32,000 nt of DNA from an uncultured Pelagibacteraceae bacterium (GCA_902528545.1 CABZTB010000003.1:47433-79432), one strand, 5' to 3'. Shown: positions 16,601 to 30,025, counted from the stretch's first letter. Made by a program: numbers and translations. Notes: generated by a model from the sequence alone, not told the origin.

Positions 16601-17778
16601 AAGAGGAAATTTTAGAGAGAAGCATCAAACAAAGAGCTGCACAAATTTTGTCAGGAGAGACCCTTTCTAAGAAAATAAAAGATGTTGAGGCAGGGTCTAA
16701 ATTGGATTTTGAAACAATTAATAAGATATCTATTAATGATTTATTTAAATTAGCTATTTCAAATCCAAAAAATGAAAATGCATTATCACAATTAAAAGAC
16801 CAGTATAATAATGCAAAACAAGACATTACTGAAAGATTTGAAGATAAAGTTTTAAAAATAAGAAGTGGTGATGATTTATTGCCTAGTGTAATGAAAATGG
16901 TAAAAGTTTTTGTTGCAATTAAAAGAAGGTTAAGACCAGGTGATAAGATGTCAGGTAGACATGGTAATAAAGGTGTCGTCAGTAAAATTGTACCAGTTGA
17001 AGACATGCCTTACAGAGAAGATGGTCGACCAGTAGATATAGTTTTAAATCCTTTAGGTGTTCCGAGTCGTATGAATGTGGGGCAAATTCTTGAAACTCAT
17101 TTAGGATGGGCTTGTAAAGAATTTGGAGAACAAATTAAAAATCTAGTTAATGAAAATAATAAAAAAATTGAGAGAAATGAAAAAATCGAGAGTTTTTTAA
17201 AATCTGTTTATGGTGAGGAAATATTTGATCAAAAAGTTGATAAATTAAGTAAAACAGAATTTAAGGATTTATGTGAAAATTTACAAAATGGTATAGCTAT
17301 ATCCACACCAGTTTTTGATGGGGCTAAAGAAAAAAATGTAACAGAGATGTTAGAATTAGCAAATCTTCCTAAATCTGGACAAACTTACTTATGGGATGGA
17401 AGAACAGGTGAAAAGTTTGATAGACCGGTAACTGTTGGAATAATTTATATGCTTAAACTTCATCATTTGGTTGAGGATAAAATTCACGCAAGATCTACAG
17501 GTCCTTATAGTTTGGTGACACAACAACCATTGGGTGGAAAAGCTCAATTAGGTGGACAAAGGTTCGGTGAAATGGAGGTATGGGCACTTGAGGCATATGG
17601 TGCATCATACACACTTCAAGAAATACTTACTGTAAAATCTGACGATGTTGCTGGAAGAGTAAAAGTTTATGAGACCATTGTGAAGGGTGAAGAAAACTTT
17701 GAGTCTGGAATACCAGAATCATTTAACGTACTTGTTAAAGAAATTAAATCTTTGGCATTAAATGTGGAATTAAATTAA
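13690..17778 (+). CDS. rpoB: DNA-directed RNA polymerase subunit beta
   Basis: 1362 aa, canonical motifs ([54 protein letters not shown]). Confidence 0.99.
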   Translation: MQISFTEKKNIRKSFGKLKESLSIPNLIEVQKNSYDELTFFNPEAGDLTKGFDRVFKSIFPIEDLNDKATLEYVSYRLEKPKFDVEECIARGLTYSSALKCTLRLVVYEINQETNTKDILSAKEQEVYMGEVPMMTNSGTFITNGVQRVVVNQMHRSPGVFFDHDKGKTHASGKLLFNCRVIPNRGSWLDFEYDVKDFLYFKIDRKKKILASTLLLALGYSKSEVVNEFYESEKYTFDTKSEKWKTKFNPENYKAKNFSEEVVDAKSGKVVIKLGEKINYLNAKKLSNDGLKDILVAKESLFGKFLHKDIKLNDQEDGLLKIGTELNETIIQQILDANITSLDISVTNSINKGPYLLTTILNDKNNTKDEAITEIYKMLRPGEPPTIEIATQIFNNLFFSSDRYDLSDVGRVKMNSRLDLECSDKITILRNDDILAIIRKMLDLRDGKDDVDDIDHLGNRRVRSVGELVENQARIGVYRMERAIKEKMTTLDIESAMPQDLINAKPLTISLKDFFASSQLSQFMDQTNPLSEITHKRRVSALGPGGLTRERAGFEVRDVHPTHYGRICPIETPEGPNIGLINSLSTYAKINKYGFIESPYKRVKEGVVQDKVEYLSAMEETKFTIAQANTKIDKNGKIVEELVSCRQNLNFLLAKPETIDYIDVSPKQLVSVAASLIPFLENDDANRALMGSNMMRQAVPLLKPEAPLVGTGIESDVALDSGVTIVAKRDGVVDKIDGKRIVIKVTEETDFSKSGVDIYNLQKFKRSNQNTCINQRPLVRVGDKVKTGDIIADGPSTKLGELALGKNVTVAFMPWQGYNFEDSILISERCVTDDVFTSVHIVEYEIMARDTKLGEEEITRDIPNVNEEALKNLDESGIVYIGAEVNAGDILVGKVTPKGDSASGPEEKLLRSIFGEKAIDVTDTSLRMSRGSSGTVVDVRVFNRHGIEKDERSITIERAEIDQVQQDKIVEEEILERSIKQRAAQILSGETLSKKIKDVEAGSKLDFETINKISINDLFKLAISNPKNENALSQLKDQYNNAKQDITERFEDKVLKIRSGDDLLPSVMKMVKVFVAIKRRLRPGDKMSGRHGNKGVVSKIVPVEDMPYREDGRPVDIVLNPLGVPSRMNVGQILETHLGWACKEFGEQIKNLVNENNKKIERNEKIESFLKSVYGEEIFDQKVDKLSKTEFKDLCENLQNGIAISTPVFDGAKEKNVTEMLELANLPKSGQTYLWDGRTGEKFDRPVTVGIIYMLKLHHLVEDKIHARSTGPYSLVTQQPLGGKAQLGGQRFGEMEVWALEAYGASYTLQEILTVKSDDVAGRVKVYETIVKGEENFESGIPESFNVLVKEIKSLALNVELN

Positions 17779-17780
17779 TT

Positions 17781-20700
17781 ATGAAAAAAGAACTAACAGA
17801 TCTTTTTAAAAATTCAGAAATATCTGAAGCTCAAAATTTTAATAGTATCAAGATCTCATTAGCTAGCCCAGAGAAAATAAAATCTTGGACCTATGGTGAA
17901 ATTAAAAAACCAGAAACTATCAATTATAGAACTTTTAGACCAGAGAAAGATGGCCTTTTCTGTGCAAGAATATTTGGTCCAATTAAAGATTACGAGTGTT
18001 TGTGTGGAAAATATAAAAGAATGAAATTTAGAGGCATCATCTGTGAAAAATGTGGTGTTGAGGTAACAAAATCAAATGTTCGAAGAGAACGAATGGGTCA
18101 CATTAATTTAGCAACACCTGTTGCTCACATATGGTTTTTAAAATCACTACCAAGCAGAATAGCGCTTGCTGTTGATATGAAGCTTAAAGAAGTTGAAAGG
18201 GTTTTGTATTTTGAAAATTTTATTGTCATTGAGCCAGGTTTAACAGGTCTCCAAAAAAATCAGCTTTTAAATGAGGAAGAGTTAGCAAAGTATCAAGATG
18301 AATATGGTGAGGAGGCATTTACAGCTGGAATAGGTGCTGAAGCAGTTTTGGAAATGCTTAAAAATCTTGATTTAGATTTAGAGAAAAAAAATCTTGTTGA
18401 TTACATTAAAGAGACAAAATCAAAAGTAAATGAAGAAAGGGCTATTAAAAGATTAAAATTAATTGAGTCTTTCATTGAAACTGGACAAAAACCTGAGTGG
18501 ATGATTATGACAGTTGTTCCGGTTATTCCACCAGAACTCAGACCATTGGTTCCTCTAGATGGTGGAAGATTTGCAACATCAGATCTAAATGATCTTTATA
18601 GAAGGGTCATTAATAGAAATAATCGTTTAAAGAGACTGATGGATCTTAAGGCACCGGATATTATCATCAGAAATGAAAAAAGAATGTTGCAAGAATCTGT
18701 TGATGCACTTTTTGATAACGGAAGAAGAGGTAGAGTAATCACTGGGACAGGTAAAAGACCATTAAAATCTTTAGCTGAAATGTTAAAGGGAAAACAAGGA
18801 AGATTTAGACAAAATCTTCTTGGTAAAAGAGTTGATTATTCAGGTCGTTCAGTCATCGTAGTAGGTCCAGACTTAAAATTACACGAATGTGGATTGCCAA
18901 AAAAAATGGCGCTAGAGTTATTTAAACCATTTTTATATGCAAGACTTAATAAACTCGGTTTAGCTTCAACAATTAAACAAGCAAAAAAATTAGTTGAGAA
19001 AGAAACTAACGCTGTCTGGGATGCACTAGAATTAATTGTTAGAGAACATCCAGTTTTACTAAATAGGGCTCCAACACTTCATAGGTTGGGAGTTCAAGCT
19101 TTTGAACCAAAATTGATTGAGGGAGATGCGATTGAATTACATCCTTTAACATGTGCAGCGTTTAATGCAGATTTTGATGGTGATCAAATGGCTGTTCACG
19201 TTCCTTTAAGTTTGGAGGCACAACTTGAGGCCAGAATATTAATGCTATCAACTAACAATATTCTTTCTCCATCTAACGGAAAACCAATAATTGTCCCAAG
19301 TCAGGATATGATTTTAGGAATTTATTATTTATCTCAAGAACCAGTCACCGATAAGCCAGCTGGATATTTTTTAAATGCAGATCAAATTGAATTTGCTCTT
19401 TCTTCTGGTCAAATAAAAGTCCATAGTACGATAATTTCTAGATTTGAAACAATTGATGAAAAAGGTAAACAAAAATTTGAGAAGTATACTTCTACTGCAG
19501 GAAGATTTTTACTAGCTAACTTATTACCAAAAAATAATAATATTAAGTTTTCTTTGATAGATAGAATTTTACCAAAAAAAACAGTCTCAGAAATTATTGA
19601 TATTGTCTTTAGATTTTGCGGTCAAAAAACAACAGTTATTTTCTGTGATAAATTAAAAGACTTAGGGTTTAAACACGCATTCAAAGCTGGAATTTCTTTT
19701 GGTAAAGATGATTTAGTCATTCCAGAAAGTAAAAATAAACTTATTGATGATACTAAAAAACTAATAGCTGACTATGAAACTCAATATTCTGAGGGACTAA
19801 TTACAAGAGGAGAAAAATACAACAAAGTTGTTGATGCATGGTCAAAATGTACTGATCAAGTTGCATCTGAAATGATGAAAGGAATTTCTGCCACAGAAAA
19901 AACCACAGAGGGTTTGAAAATAAATTCAGTATTTATGATGGCAGATAGCGGTGCGAGAGGGTCAGCAGCACAAATGAAGCAATTAGCAGGTATGAGAGGT
20001 CTTATTGCAAAACCATCTGGTGAGATTATTGAGAGTCCAATTACGTCTAATTTTAAAGAAGGATTAACAGCTTTAGAATATTTTAATTCTACACACGGAG
20101 CAAGGAAAGGTTTGGCTGATACTGCCTTAAAAACAGCTAGCTCAGGATATTTAACTAGAAGATTATGTGATGTAGCCCAAGATTTAACTGTAACAAAAAA
20201 AGAATGTGACTGTAAAAATCCTGGGTTCATCGAACTTTCTGAAATTTTGGAAGGTGGAAATGTTGTTGTAAGCTTATCAGAAAGAGCTTTGGGAAGAGTT
20301 ACTTTTGACGATGTAAAGCATCCAATAACTGGTGAAATTATAATTAAAAAGTTAACTATGATTGATGAGGCTGGTTGTGATAAAATAGATTCTGCAGGAA
20401 TAAAATCAGTTAAGGTTTATTCTGTTATGACATGTGGATCTAAAGAAGGTGTATGTGCAACTTCTTATGGTAGAGATTTATCTAGAGGTCAGATGGTTCA
20501 TGTAGGTGAAGCAATCGGAATGATTTCTGCACAATCAATTGGAGAACCGGGAACACAATTAACGATGAGAACTTTTCACGTAGGTGGTACCGCTTCAGTC
20601 AAGCAAGACTCACAAATAGTCACTAAAAATGAAGGGACTTTAAAAATTATTAACTCAAACATTTTAGAGGATTCTAAAAAAAACTTGATTGTTATGGGTA

Positions 20701-21950
20701 GAAATACACAATTATCTATCGAAGATGATAATGGAGTTCAAATTGCTGTTTACAAAGTAGCTTATGGTTCAAAATTATTTTTCAAGAACGGTGACAAAGT
20801 AAAAGCCAACACAAAAATTTGTGAATGGGATCCTTATACCACACCAGTAATTGCTGAAAAAAGTGGTATTGCAAGTTTTGTTGATTTAATTGATGGTGTA
20901 TCAATTCAAGAAACAACAGATGACGCTACAGGTATTTCCTCAAAATCTGTAGTTGATTGGAGATCTCAATCAAAAAGCACTGATTTAAAACCAAGAATTA
21001 CTTTAAGAGATGAAAAAGGAAACGTTATTAAAAAGGCTGATGATAATGAAGCAAGATATTATTTAGTTCCTGACTCAATTTTATCAGTTAAAGATGGTCA
21101 AAAAGTTTCTGCTGGTGATGTTATTGCAAGATTACCTAAAGAAACTACTAAAACAAAAGATATTACTGGAGGCCTTCCAAGAGTTGCTGAATTGTTTGAA
21201 GCCAGAAAAGCTAAGGATAGTGCAATCATTGCTGAAAATGATGGACAAGTTATATTTGGAAAAGAAGTTAGAGGAAAACAAAGAATATCAATTGTGCCTG
21301 AAGATGGGTCAGAACCATCTAATTATTTAATACCCAAAGGAAAACATATTAATTTTAATCAGGGTGAAAAAATTAAAAAAGGAGAATATTTATTAGATGG
21401 ACAACCATTACCACACGATATTCTTAGAATTATGGGCATAAAAGATTTAACTGAATATTTTGTTAATCAAGTTCAAGAGGTTTATAGGTTACAGGGTGTA
21501 ATTATTAACGATAAACACATAGAAACTATTTTAAGACAAATGTTGAAAAAAGTTGAGGTAAAAACTACTGGTGATTCCTCTTACTTACCCGGTGAAATCA
21601 TTGATAGAATTAAATTTGATAACGTTAATGAAAAATTAAAATCTGAAGGTAAAAAACCAGCCACTGGAGAAAGAGTTTTAATGGGAATTACCAAAGCTTC
21701 TCTTCAGACTGAGTCTTTTATATCCGCTGCATCATTCCAGGAAACTACAAGAGTTCTTACCGATGCTGCTATTAAGGGTAAAGTTGATCCACTTAATGGT
21801 TTAAAAGAGAATGTAATAGTTGGACGATTAGTACCTGCTGGAACTGGTAATATTAAAAATAAATGGAACAAAAAAGCTCTACAAGATGACAATAAATTTC
21901 TTTCTGAGCAAGAGCAGATTGATCAGCCAGAAACCCCTGTAAATCAATAA
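17781..21950 (+). CDS. rpoC: DNA-directed RNA polymerase subunit beta'
   Basis: 1389 aa; [16 protein letters not shown], Zn-finger [23 protein letters not shown]. Confidence 0.99.
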   Translation: MKKELTDLFKNSEISEAQNFNSIKISLASPEKIKSWTYGEIKKPETINYRTFRPEKDGLFCARIFGPIKDYECLCGKYKRMKFRGIICEKCGVEVTKSNVRRERMGHINLATPVAHIWFLKSLPSRIALAVDMKLKEVERVLYFENFIVIEPGLTGLQKNQLLNEEELAKYQDEYGEEAFTAGIGAEAVLEMLKNLDLDLEKKNLVDYIKETKSKVNEERAIKRLKLIESFIETGQKPEWMIMTVVPVIPPELRPLVPLDGGRFATSDLNDLYRRVINRNNRLKRLMDLKAPDIIIRNEKRMLQESVDALFDNGRRGRVITGTGKRPLKSLAEMLKGKQGRFRQNLLGKRVDYSGRSVIVVGPDLKLHECGLPKKMALELFKPFLYARLNKLGLASTIKQAKKLVEKETNAVWDALELIVREHPVLLNRAPTLHRLGVQAFEPKLIEGDAIELHPLTCAAFNADFDGDQMAVHVPLSLEAQLEARILMLSTNNILSPSNGKPIIVPSQDMILGIYYLSQEPVTDKPAGYFLNADQIEFALSSGQIKVHSTIISRFETIDEKGKQKFEKYTSTAGRFLLANLLPKNNNIKFSLIDRILPKKTVSEIIDIVFRFCGQKTTVIFCDKLKDLGFKHAFKAGISFGKDDLVIPESKNKLIDDTKKLIADYETQYSEGLITRGEKYNKVVDAWSKCTDQVASEMMKGISATEKTTEGLKINSVFMMADSGARGSAAQMKQLAGMRGLIAKPSGEIIESPITSNFKEGLTALEYFNSTHGARKGLADTALKTASSGYLTRRLCDVAQDLTVTKKECDCKNPGFIELSEILEGGNVVVSLSERALGRVTFDDVKHPITGEIIIKKLTMIDEAGCDKIDSAGIKSVKVYSVMTCGSKEGVCATSYGRDLSRGQMVHVGEAIGMISAQSIGEPGTQLTMRTFHVGGTASVKQDSQIVTKNEGTLKIINSNILEDSKKNLIVMGRNTQLSIEDDNGVQIAVYKVAYGSKLFFKNGDKVKANTKICEWDPYTTPVIAEKSGIASFVDLIDGVSIQETTDDATGISSKSVVDWRSQSKSTDLKPRITLRDEKGNVIKKADDNEARYYLVPDSILSVKDGQKVSAGDVIARLPKETTKTKDITGGLPRVAELFEARKAKDSAIIAENDGQVIFGKEVRGKQRISIVPEDGSEPSNYLIPKGKHINFNQGEKIKKGEYLLDGQPLPHDILRIMGIKDLTEYFVNQVQEVYRLQGVIINDKHIETILRQMLKKVEVKTTGDSSYLPGEIIDRIKFDNVNEKLKSEGKKPATGERVLMGITKASLQTESFISAASFQETTRVLTDAAIKGKVDPLNGLKENVIVGRLVPAGTGNIKNKWNKKALQDDNKFLSEQEQIDQPETPVNQ

Positions 21951-21979
21951 AAATAACACGTTTGCTAATTAGTTTTAGT

Positions 21980-22007
21980 TTGACAAAATTAAATTAATAA
22001 GTATTTT
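21980..22007 (+). promoter_or_regulatory. Possible str-operon promoter (TTGACA - 16 nt - TATTTT)
   Basis: Sigma70-like boxes in the 166-nt rpoC-rpsL spacer. Confidence 0.35.
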
Positions 22008-22116
22008 GGCGATATTTTTTGGTTGGAATGTAGTGTTAACTTTAGACACTAAACGCTGCCACAAATAACCTGTCAGTTATTTCATTCAAAAATAAACAAT
22101 TATAAAATTTACAGAT

Positions 22117-22488
22117 ATGCCAACTATTAACCAGTTGTTAAGAAAAAAAAGAACTAAACCAATTGCTAGGAACAAGGTTCCAGCATTACAAAAACAACCA
22201 CTCAAACGAGGAGTTTGTGTAAAAGTTTATACGACAACTCCAAAAAAACCTAATTCTGCTTTAAGAAAAGTTGCTAGAGTGAGATTATCAAATGGGTTTG
22301 AAGTAACTGCTTATATACCTGGAGAAGGTCATAATCTTCAAGAACACTCTGTTGTATTAATTAGAGGTGGTAGGGTTAAAGATTTACCAGGTGTACGTTA
22401 TCACATTTTAAGAGGTAATTTAGATACTCAAGGAGTGGCAAATAGAAAGAAAAGAAGATCTTTGTACGGAACAAAAAAAGGTAAATAG
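22117..22488 (+). CDS. rpsL: 30S ribosomal protein S12
   Basis: [12 protein letters not shown]...[18 protein letters not shown]. Confidence 0.99.
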   Translation: MPTINQLLRKKRTKPIARNKVPALQKQPLKRGVCVKVYTTTPKKPNSALRKVARVRLSNGFEVTAYIPGEGHNLQEHSVVLIRGGRVKDLPGVRYHILRGNLDTQGVANRKKRRSLYGTKKGK

Positions 22489-22490
22489 AT

Positions 22491-22961
22491 ATGTCTAGAA
22501 AAAAAACACAACCTAAAAAAAATATTGTTCCTGATCCAAAATTTAATTCCACAATTATTCCTAAATTAATTAATAATATTATGTATGACGGCAAAAGAGG
22601 TGTAGCCACTAAAATAGTTTATGATGCAATTGAAAAGATTAAAACTAAGTCAAAAGATGAACCTATTAATATTTTTAATGAAGCAATTAATAATATTAAA
22701 CCAACTGTTGAAGTGAGATCACGAAGAGTAGGTGGTGCCACCTATCAAGTTCCAGTTGAAGTTAAAAGTAAAAGAGCACAAGCTTTAGCTATCAGATGGC
22801 TTATAGATTCAGCAAGAAAAAGAAAAGATAAACATATGTCAGATAAAATTTTTAATGAACTTTATGATGCATATGAAAAAAAAGGTGCTGCTGTAAAGAA
22901 AAAAGAGGATGTGCATAAAATGGCAGAGTCCAACAAGGCTTTTGCACACTTCAGGTGGTAA
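22491..22961 (+). CDS. rpsG: 30S ribosomal protein S7
   Basis: RRVGGATYQVPVEV; operon position. Confidence 0.98.
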   Translation: MSRKKTQPKKNIVPDPKFNSTIIPKLINNIMYDGKRGVATKIVYDAIEKIKTKSKDEPINIFNEAINNIKPTVEVRSRRVGGATYQVPVEVKSKRAQALAIRWLIDSARKRKDKHMSDKIFNELYDAYEKKGAAVKKKEDVHKMAESNKAFAHFRW

Positions 22962-22967
22962 AATATT

Positions 22968-25046
22968 ATGGCTAGATCTCACACATTAGACAAATATAGA
23001 AACATTGGGATCATGGCCCACATAGATGCTGGTAAAACAACTACAACTGAAAGAATTTTATATTATACGGGGAAAAGTCATAAGATTGGTGAAGTTCATG
23101 ATGGTGCAGCTACCATGGATTGGATGGAACAAGAGCAAGAAAGAGGTATTACAATTACATCAGCAGCAACAACCTGTTTCTGGCAAGACCATAGAATTAA
23201 TATTATCGATACACCAGGTCACGTAGATTTTACCATTGAAGTTGAAAGATCACTTAAAGTACTTGATGGTGCAGTTGCAGTGTTTGATGGTGTAGCAGGT
23301 GTGGAACCTCAATCAGAAACAGTATGGCGACAAGCTGATAAATATAAAGTACCGAGAATTTGTTTTGTAAATAAGTTAGATAGAACTGGTGCAGATTTTT
23401 TTAGATGTGTGGATATGATTAAAGACAGATTGGGAGCAAAACCATTGGTCATACAAGTACCAATCGGTATTGAAGCCTCTTTAACAGGTGTTGTTGACCT
23501 TGTTAAAATGAAAGCACAAGTTTGGAAAAATGAAGCTTTAGGTGCTGAATGGGAATATAAAGATATACCAGAGGATCTTAAAGAAATCTCTCAAAAATAC
23601 CGAACAGAATTAGTCGAAATGGCTGTAGAACAAGACGAAAAGCTGATGGAGTCTTATTTAAATGGTGAAGAAATTAATGAAGAAGATTTAATTAAATGTA
23701 TAAGAAAAGGAACATTAAATTTTGATTTTGTTCCTGTATTAACTGGTTCAGCTTTTAAAAATAAGGGTGTTCAGCCACTACTTGATGCAGTGATTAATTA
23801 TCTTCCAAGTCCAATTGATATTGGTTCAATAAAAGGAACTAAATTAGGATCAGAGGATGAAATAGAAATGAAATTTGACGATAGTGCGCCATTTTCTGCT
23901 TTAGCATTTAAAGTGGCAAATGATCCATTTGTTGGATCATTAACATTTATTAGAGTTTATTCAGGTACAATAAAAACAGGAACGGCTGTATATAATTCTT
24001 CAAAAGAAAAAGAAGAAAGAGTTGGTAGAATGTTATTAATGCATGCTAACTCTCGAGAGGACATTAAAGAAGCAAATGCAGGTGATATTGTATCACTAGC
24101 TGGCTTGAAAAATACCATTACTGGACACACGCTATGTAATAAAGATAATCCAGTTCTTCTCGAGCCTATGGAATTTCCTGACCCAGTTATTGAAATTGCT
24201 GTTGAACCAAAAACAAAAGCTGACCAAGAGAAAATGGGAGAAGCATTAGGCAGATTAGCCAAAGAAGATCCCTCGTTTAGAGTTTCTTCTGACGAAGAAT
24301 CTGGACAAACGATTATAAAAGGAATGGGTGAATTACACTTAGATATCATTGTTGATAGAATGAAAAGAGAATTTAAAGTTGAAGCAAATGTTGGAGCCCC
24401 ACAAGTAGCATACAGAGAAACAATCGAAAACTCTTCAGAAGTAGAATACACACATAAAAAACAAAGTGGTGGTGCAGGACAATTTGCAAAAGTAAAATTA
24501 TTAGTAGAACCGCAAGAACCTGGTAAAGGGAGAGCTGTTGAAAGCAAAATTAAAGGTGGAGCAATTCCAAAAGAATTTATTCCAGGCGTTGAAAAAGGTA
24601 TCGAAACAGTATCTGATGGTGGAATTTTAGCAGGGTTTCCAATGATTGACTATAAAGTTACAATTTTAGATGGTTTACATCACGATGTTGACTCTAGCGT
24701 ATTAGCTTTTGAACTCGCAAGTAGAGCATGTTTCAAAGATGCTTGTACAAAAGGTGGTTTAAAATTATTAGAACCAGTCATGAGAGTTGAGGTCGTAACA
24801 CCTGAAGACTATATGGGTGACGTTATTGGAGACTTAAATAGTCGAAGAGGACAAATAAGTACTCAAGAGCAAAGAGGTAATGCAACAGTAATAACTGCAA
24901 TGGTGCCTTTAGCGAATATGTTTGGATATATTAATAGTTTAAGATCAATGTCACAAGGGCGTGCACAATATTCAATGTTTTTTGATCATTATGCAAAAGT
25001 CCCACAAAATGTTCAAGACGAAGTAACAAAAAAAATAGCAGGCTAA
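22968..25046 (+). CDS. fusA: Elongation factor G
   Basis: [24 protein letters not shown]; 692 aa. Confidence 0.99.
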   Translation: MARSHTLDKYRNIGIMAHIDAGKTTTTERILYYTGKSHKIGEVHDGAATMDWMEQEQERGITITSAATTCFWQDHRINIIDTPGHVDFTIEVERSLKVLDGAVAVFDGVAGVEPQSETVWRQADKYKVPRICFVNKLDRTGADFFRCVDMIKDRLGAKPLVIQVPIGIEASLTGVVDLVKMKAQVWKNEALGAEWEYKDIPEDLKEISQKYRTELVEMAVEQDEKLMESYLNGEEINEEDLIKCIRKGTLNFDFVPVLTGSAFKNKGVQPLLDAVINYLPSPIDIGSIKGTKLGSEDEIEMKFDDSAPFSALAFKVANDPFVGSLTFIRVYSGTIKTGTAVYNSSKEKEERVGRMLLMHANSREDIKEANAGDIVSLAGLKNTITGHTLCNKDNPVLLEPMEFPDPVIEIAVEPKTKADQEKMGEALGRLAKEDPSFRVSSDEESGQTIIKGMGELHLDIIVDRMKREFKVEANVGAPQVAYRETIENSSEVEYTHKKQSGGAGQFAKVKLLVEPQEPGKGRAVESKIKGGAIPKEFIPGVEKGIETVSDGGILAGFPMIDYKVTILDGLHHDVDSSVLAFELASRACFKDACTKGGLKLLEPVMRVEVVTPEDYMGDVIGDLNSRRGQISTQEQRGNATVITAMVPLANMFGYINSLRSMSQGRAQYSMFFDHYAKVPQNVQDEVTKKIAG

Positions 25047-25047
25047 A

Positions 25048-25356
25048 ATGGAAAAACAGAATATTAGAATTAAACTCAGAGCTTATGACAATAAGATTTT
25101 AGATGCTTCAACTGAAGAGATTGTAAATACAGTCAAAAGAACTGGAGCTACAATAAAAGGTCCAATTCCATTACCAACTAGAATTGAAAGATATACAGTT
25201 TTAAGATCTCCTCATATAGATAAAAAAAGTAGAGAACAATTTGAGTCGAGAACCCATAAAAGATTAATTGATATAATTGAGCCAACACCACAGACTGTCG
25301 AGGCTTTAATGAAGTTAGATTTAGCATCAGGTGTCGATGTGGAGATTAAGATATAA
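25048..25356 (+). CDS. rpsJ: 30S ribosomal protein S10
   Basis: [16 protein letters not shown]...RTHKRLIDI. Confidence 0.98.
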   Translation: MEKQNIRIKLRAYDNKILDASTEEIVNTVKRTGATIKGPIPLPTRIERYTVLRSPHIDKKSREQFESRTHKRLIDIIEPTPQTVEALMKLDLASGVDVEIKI

Positions 25357-25358
25357 TT

Positions 25359-26069
25359 ATGAGTGAGATTGCTTTATTAGGAAAAAAAATCGGAATGACT
25401 AGAGAATTTTATAAATCTGGTCAGTTGGTACCAGTTACTGTATTAAAAATGGAAAAAGCTAGAGTAATCCAGGTAATAGATAAAGAAAAAAGAGGCTACA
25501 CCGCTGTTCAACTTGGATACGGAAAAATCAAAAATTCAAAATTAACAAAGGCTATGAAAGGTTATTTTTCAAAAAGAAATACTGAAGCTAAAAGGAAACT
25601 TAAAGAATATAGAGTTCAAAATATTGAAAATTATAAAGAGGGAAATGAATTTGGTTTAGAGATTTTTAAAGATGTTAAATTTGTAGATACTAGATCAAAA
25701 ACGATTGGAAAAGGTTTTGCAGGAGCTATGAAAAGACACAATTTTGGTGGTTTGAGAGCTACACATGGTGTTTCAATTTCACATAGATCACATGGTTCAA
25801 CGGGTCAAAGACAAGATCCTGGTAAAGTATTTAAGGGAAAAAAAATGGCTGGACATATGGGAGATAAATTAAGAACTATGCAAAATATCGAAATTATCAA
25901 AACGGATCTAGAAAATGAGCTTTTATATTTAAAAGGTTCTATCCCAGGAGCAAAAAACTCTGAAATTCTCGTAAAAGGTTCAGTTAAAAATATAAAAAAA
26001 ATGACTATCAGTGAAAAACATAAAGCTGCTGAATTAGCTAAGAAAACACCGGAGAAAAAGAAAAAATAA
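25359..26069 (+). CDS. rplC: 50S ribosomal protein L3
   Basis: [43 protein letters not shown]. Confidence 0.98.
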   Translation: MSEIALLGKKIGMTREFYKSGQLVPVTVLKMEKARVIQVIDKEKRGYTAVQLGYGKIKNSKLTKAMKGYFSKRNTEAKRKLKEYRVQNIENYKEGNEFGLEIFKDVKFVDTRSKTIGKGFAGAMKRHNFGGLRATHGVSISHRSHGSTGQRQDPGKVFKGKKMAGHMGDKLRTMQNIEIIKTDLENELLYLKGSIPGAKNSEILVKGSVKNIKKMTISEKHKAAELAKKTPEKKKK

Positions 26070-26692
26070 TGAAAGTCGATAAAATTAATTTAGATGGTAA
26101 AAAAAGTTCTATTGAAGTCTTAGATAAGATTTTTTCAGCTAAGATAAATAAGAAATTAGTGAATACAGTTTTATATAAGACTAATGCTAATTACAAAGGT
26201 AGGCATGCAAAAACTAAGCAGCAAAACGAAGTCTCAGGTCCAACATCAAAAATTTATGCACAAAAAGGAACAGGTAATGCTAGACACGCAAGTAGAAAAG
26301 CCCCAATCTTTGTTGGTGGTGGTATAGCTCATGGTCCTAAAGGAGAGCTATCATATAAAAAAAGAAAATTAAATAAGAGTGAAAAAAAACAAAGTATAGC
26401 ATCTTTAATTAGTGACAAGATAAAGAACAACAACCTTCTAATTTTTAGCGATTTTAGTTCTAAAATAAAAAAGACTAAAGAGATGAGCTTAATTTTAAAG
26501 AAATTTCAAATATCAAATTCAATTGTAATTCTTGACAAAACCTCAAAAGATAATGTTGAAAAATCAATTAGAAATATTCCAAACATCAAAGTGACAGACA
26601 TTAATCATTTCAGTGCATTTGATATTGTCAAGTTTGAAAAAGTTGTGTTTACCGAAACATCCGTAAAAGAATTAGAAAAGAGGTATGCTTAA
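26069..26692 (+). CDS. rplD: 50S ribosomal protein L4
   Basis: KQQNEVSGPTSKIYAQKGTGNARHASRKAPIFVGGG. Confidence 0.97.
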   Translation: MKVDKINLDGKKSSIEVLDKIFSAKINKKLVNTVLYKTNANYKGRHAKTKQQNEVSGPTSKIYAQKGTGNARHASRKAPIFVGGGIAHGPKGELSYKKRKLNKSEKKQSIASLISDKIKNNNLLIFSDFSSKIKKTKEMSLILKKFQISNSIVILDKTSKDNVEKSIRNIPNIKVTDINHFSAFDIVKFEKVVFTETSVKELEKRYA

Positions 26693-26693
26693 G

Positions 26694-26987
26694 ATGGAAA
26701 AGATACATTTATACGACAAAATCTTATCACCTTTAGTTACTGAAAAATCAACAAATTTATCAGAACAAAATAAGATCGTATTTAAGGTTCCTTCAAAAGC
26801 AAATAAGAAAAATATAAAAAACAACATTGAAAAAATTTTCAAAGTAAACGTTACAAAGATAAATATTATCAATAAACAAAATAGAACTAAATTAACTAGA
26901 GGAAGAAAGGTTAAAGTCTCTGGTTTTAAAAAAGCAATCATAACACTTAAAAAAGGTCAAAGTATTGATCTAACAACTGGAATTTAA
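26694..26987 (+). CDS. rplW: 50S ribosomal protein L23 (start likely at the second Met of the 26685 ORF)
   Basis: MEKIHLYDKILSPLVTEKSTNLSEQNKIVFKV. Confidence 0.93.
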   Translation: MEKIHLYDKILSPLVTEKSTNLSEQNKIVFKVPSKANKKNIKNNIEKIFKVNVTKINIINKQNRTKLTRGRKVKVSGFKKAIITLKKGQSIDLTTGI

Positions 26988-26988
26988 A

Positions 26989-27828
26989 ATGGCACTAAAA
27001 ACATTTAAACCTTATACAAAATCTACTCGAGGAACAATTCTTGTAGATAGAATTGGTCTTTGGAAAGGTAAACCATTTAAATCTTTAGTTTCTCCAAAAA
27101 ATGCAATGAAAGGGAGAAACAACAATGGCCATATTACTTCTATAAATAGAGCTGGTGGACACAAAAAAATGTATCGACATGTTGACTTTTACAGAAAAAA
27201 ATTTGATATGCCTGCTACAGTTGAAAGAATTGAATATGATCCGAACAGATCTTGTTACATTATGTTAGTAAAATTTGATGATAATTCACATGCATATTAT
27301 CTTGCACCACAAAAAATAAAGGTGGGTGATAAAGTTGAAAATGGATCAAAAAAAGAGATAAAAATTGGAAATTGTATGCCATTACAGGATATCCCAGTTG
27401 GTATAGATATTCACAACGTTGAAATACAACCAGGTGGTGGAGGTAAAATTGCAAGATCTGCTGGAACTTCTGTTACGATTAGTGGATTGGATGGGAATTA
27501 TAGTTTGATTAAATTAGCATCAGGTGAAGTTAGAAAAATCGATTCAAGATCATTGGCAACAATTGGCGTATTAAGTAACCCCGATCAAAAAAATATAAAA
27601 ATTGGTAAAGCAGGAAGATCAAGATGGTTAGGAAGAAGACCTCACACTAGAGGTGTAGTTAAAAATCCAGTAGATCACCCGCATGGTGGTGGAGAAGGTA
27701 AATCAGCAGGTGGAAGACATCCAGTTTCTCCTAAAGGACAATCGGCAAAAGGATTGAAAACAAGAGACAATAAGAGAACTGATAAATATATTGTGAAGAG
27801 AAGAAACAAAAGGAAGGATACAAAATAA
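26989..27828 (+). CDS. rplB: 50S ribosomal protein L2
   Basis: [22 protein letters not shown]; [12 protein letters not shown]. Confidence 0.99.
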   Translation: MALKTFKPYTKSTRGTILVDRIGLWKGKPFKSLVSPKNAMKGRNNNGHITSINRAGGHKKMYRHVDFYRKKFDMPATVERIEYDPNRSCYIMLVKFDDNSHAYYLAPQKIKVGDKVENGSKKEIKIGNCMPLQDIPVGIDIHNVEIQPGGGGKIARSAGTSVTISGLDGNYSLIKLASGEVRKIDSRSLATIGVLSNPDQKNIKIGKAGRSRWLGRRPHTRGVVKNPVDHPHGGGEGKSAGGRHPVSPKGQSAKGLKTRDNKRTDKYIVKRRNKRKDTK

Positions 27829-28127
27829 TGGCTAGAGCAGTATGGAAAGGACCTTTTGTAGAGGAAAGTTTGATTAAAAAAGTTGATAAATATAAGACTG
27901 ATCCAAAAAAAATTCCTATTAAAACATGGTCAAGAAAATCAACAATAATTCCAGATTTTGTAGGGGTTAGTTTTTTGATTTATAACGGAAAAAAATTTAT
28001 ACCAATTACCATATCTGAAGATATGGTTGGTCACAAATTAGGTGAATTTGCACCAACAAGAACTTTTTTTGGTCATACACCTGCAGATAAGAAAGCAAAA
28101 CCTGCTGAGGCAGAGGCTAAGAAATAA
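27828..28127 (+). CDS. rpsS: 30S ribosomal protein S19
   Basis: [18 protein letters not shown]; [16 protein letters not shown]. Confidence 0.98.
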   Translation: MARAVWKGPFVEESLIKKVDKYKTDPKKIPIKTWSRKSTIIPDFVGVSFLIYNGKKFIPITISEDMVGHKLGEFAPTRTFFGHTPADKKAKPAEAEAKK

Positions 28128-28129
28128 TT

Positions 28130-28528
28130 ATGAGTAAAAAAAAGAAAATAGAGAAAAAAAAAGAAAAGATAGTGAAATCTATTAACAATAATATTAGATC
28201 AAGTGTAAGAAAACTTAATCCTATTTTAAAAGGTATAGTAGGAAAGAAAGTAGAGTTAGCTATTAGGGATCTTCAATTTTCAGAAAAAAGAGTCACACGT
28301 GATATCAGAAAGACTATTTCATCTGCTGTTGCAAACGCAGAAAATAATTTTCAGTATGATATTGATAAACTTGTAGTTAAAGAAGCCTATTGCGGAAAGA
28401 AAATTACTATGAAAAGGTTTAGACCAAGAGCAAAAGGAAGAGCTGCACCAATCTTAAAACCTTATTCAAGTGTTACAATTATTTTATCAGAAGCAAAAAA
28501 AATGGAGAGTCATGGGTCAAAAGGTTAA
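28130..28528 (+). CDS. rplV: 50S ribosomal protein L22
   Basis: [19 protein letters not shown]...[13 protein letters not shown]. Confidence 0.95.
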   Translation: MSKKKKIEKKKEKIVKSINNNIRSSVRKLNPILKGIVGKKVELAIRDLQFSEKRVTRDIRKTISSAVANAENNFQYDIDKLVVKEAYCGKKITMKRFRPRAKGRAAPILKPYSSVTIILSEAKKMESHGSKG

Positions 28529-29192
28529 TCCAGTAGGTTTCAGATTAGGTGTAAACAGAGGCTGGGACTCTGTTTGGTACGCTAAAAAGAAAGATTTTGG
28601 TAATTATCTCATAGAAGATTTTAAAATAAGAGAATATATAAAAAAAAATGTAATAAATTCTGGGGTTTCAAAAGTGATGATCGAAAGAACAGCAAACAAA
28701 TGTTATGTTACAATTTATACTTCTAGACCAGGTTTTGTCATTGGAAAAAAAGGTAGTGATATTGATAAGATTAAAAATAATTTATCTAAATTTACTTCAA
28801 ATGAAGTCACTTTAAATATTAAAGAAGTAAAAAAACCTGAAACAAATGCTTATCTAGTTGCTGAAAATATTGCTCAACAATTAGTTAAAAGAATTTCTTA
28901 CAGAAGAGCAATGAAAAGAGCTATGCAATCATGTTTAAGATTAGGTGCTAGAGGAATTAAAGTTTCAGTAAGTGGAAGATTGGGTGGAAATGAAATAGCT
29001 AGAACTGAATGGTTAAGAGATGGTAGTATACCATCTCACACATTAAGAGCTGATATAGATTATGCCGAGGCAGAGGCATTGACGACTTATGGAATTATTG
29101 GAATAAAAGTTTGGATTTATAAAGGCGAGGTGTTTGCTAAAGAATTTAGTCAAGAAACAAATAAAGTCACACCCAAAGAAGGAAAACAATAA
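28512..29192 (+). CDS. rpsC: 30S ribosomal protein S3 (start corrected to [13 protein letters not shown])
   Basis: [20 protein letters not shown]; the provided ORF starts 42 nt upstream inside rplV. Confidence 0.96.
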   Translation: MGQKVNPVGFRLGVNRGWDSVWYAKKKDFGNYLIEDFKIREYIKKNVINSGVSKVMIERTANKCYVTIYTSRPGFVIGKKGSDIDKIKNNLSKFTSNEVTLNIKEVKKPETNAYLVAENIAQQLVKRISYRRAMKRAMQSCLRLGARGIKVSVSGRLGGNEIARTEWLRDGSIPSHTLRADIDYAEAEALTTYGIIGIKVWIYKGEVFAKEFSQETNKVTPKEGKQ

Positions 29193-29603
29193 ATGTTACA
29201 GCCAGTCAGAACAAAATGGAGAAAAGCTCACAAAGGTAGAATTCATGGAACTGCCTCAAGAGCGAATTTCATTAACTATGGTGCTTACGCTTTAAAAGCA
29301 TTATCTCCTGATAGAGTTACTGGTAAACAAATAGAGGCTGCTAGAGTTGCTTTAACAAGGCACATGAAAAGACAAGGAAGAGTTTGGACAAGAATTTTTC
29401 CAAATGTTCCAGTTTCTAAAAAACCAATTGAAGTACGTATGGGTAAAGGAAAAGGTTCTCCAGAATTCTATGCATGCCGTGTAAAACCAGGAAGAATTTT
29501 ATTTGAGGTAGATGGTGTTTCAGAACAGATAGCTAAAGAGGCCTTATATAAAGCATCCGCAAAATTGCCAATTAAAACTAAAACCATAAAGAGATTTGCT
29601 TAA
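29193..29603 (+). CDS. rplP: 50S ribosomal protein L16
   Basis: [19 protein letters not shown]...[23 protein letters not shown]. Confidence 0.98.
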   Translation: MLQPVRTKWRKAHKGRIHGTASRANFINYGAYALKALSPDRVTGKQIEAARVALTRHMKRQGRVWTRIFPNVPVSKKPIEVRMGKGKGSPEFYACRVKPGRILFEVDGVSEQIAKEALYKASAKLPIKTKTIKRFA

Positions 29604-29604
29604 T

Positions 29605-29796
29605 ATGAAAAAACAAGAAATTAAAAAACTCTCAAAAGATCAAATTAAAAAAAACATTGATAAATTTAAAAAAGATTTATTTAATTTTAGATTTCAAAAA
29701 ATGAATTCACAGATTACAAATCCTGCAAAAATTAGTGAAACAAAGAAAACAATTGCTAGATTAAAAACAATATTAAAAGGAAAATTAAATGCCTAA
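29605..29796 (+). CDS. rpmC: 50S ribosomal protein L29
   Basis: [17 protein letters not shown]...[34 protein letters not shown]. Confidence 0.93.
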   Translation: MKKQEIKKLSKDQIKKNIDKFKKDLFNFRFQKMNSQITNPAKISETKKTIARLKTILKGKLNA

Positions 29797-30025
29797 AAAA
29801 ATATTAACAGGTGTGGTTGTAAGCGATAAACCCAACAAAACTATAACTGTTTTAGTTGAACGAAAATATTCTCATCCATTATTAAAAAAAGTAATAAAAG
29901 TGAGAAAAAAATACAATGCCCACGATGAAAATAATAAATTTAAAACAGGTGACAAAGTATCAATCATTGAGAGCAAACCTTTTTCAAAAAATAAGAAATT
30001 TCAAGTAATGGAGAACACAAAATAA
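29789..30025 (+). CDS. rpsQ: 30S ribosomal protein S17
   Basis: [32 protein letters not shown]. Confidence 0.97.
   Translation: MPKKILTGVVVSDKPNKTITVLVERKYSHPLLKKVIKVRKKYNAHDENNKFKTGDKVSIIESKPFSKNKKFQVMENTK

Noticed and set aside
14862-17006. Antisense ORFs inside rpoB (14862-15050, 15963-16553, 16581-17006)
   Set aside because: No recognisable domains, composition mirrors the sense gene, and they overlap highly conserved rpoB coding sequence; spurious.
19856-21892. Additional ORFs inside rpoC (19856-20230 -, 21094-21330 +, 21704-21892 -)
   Set aside because: Out-of-frame shadow ORFs of rpoC with low-complexity translations.
23957-24547. Antisense 196-aa ORF in fusA
   Set aside because: Shadow ORF of a conserved gene; no domain or ribosome-binding support.
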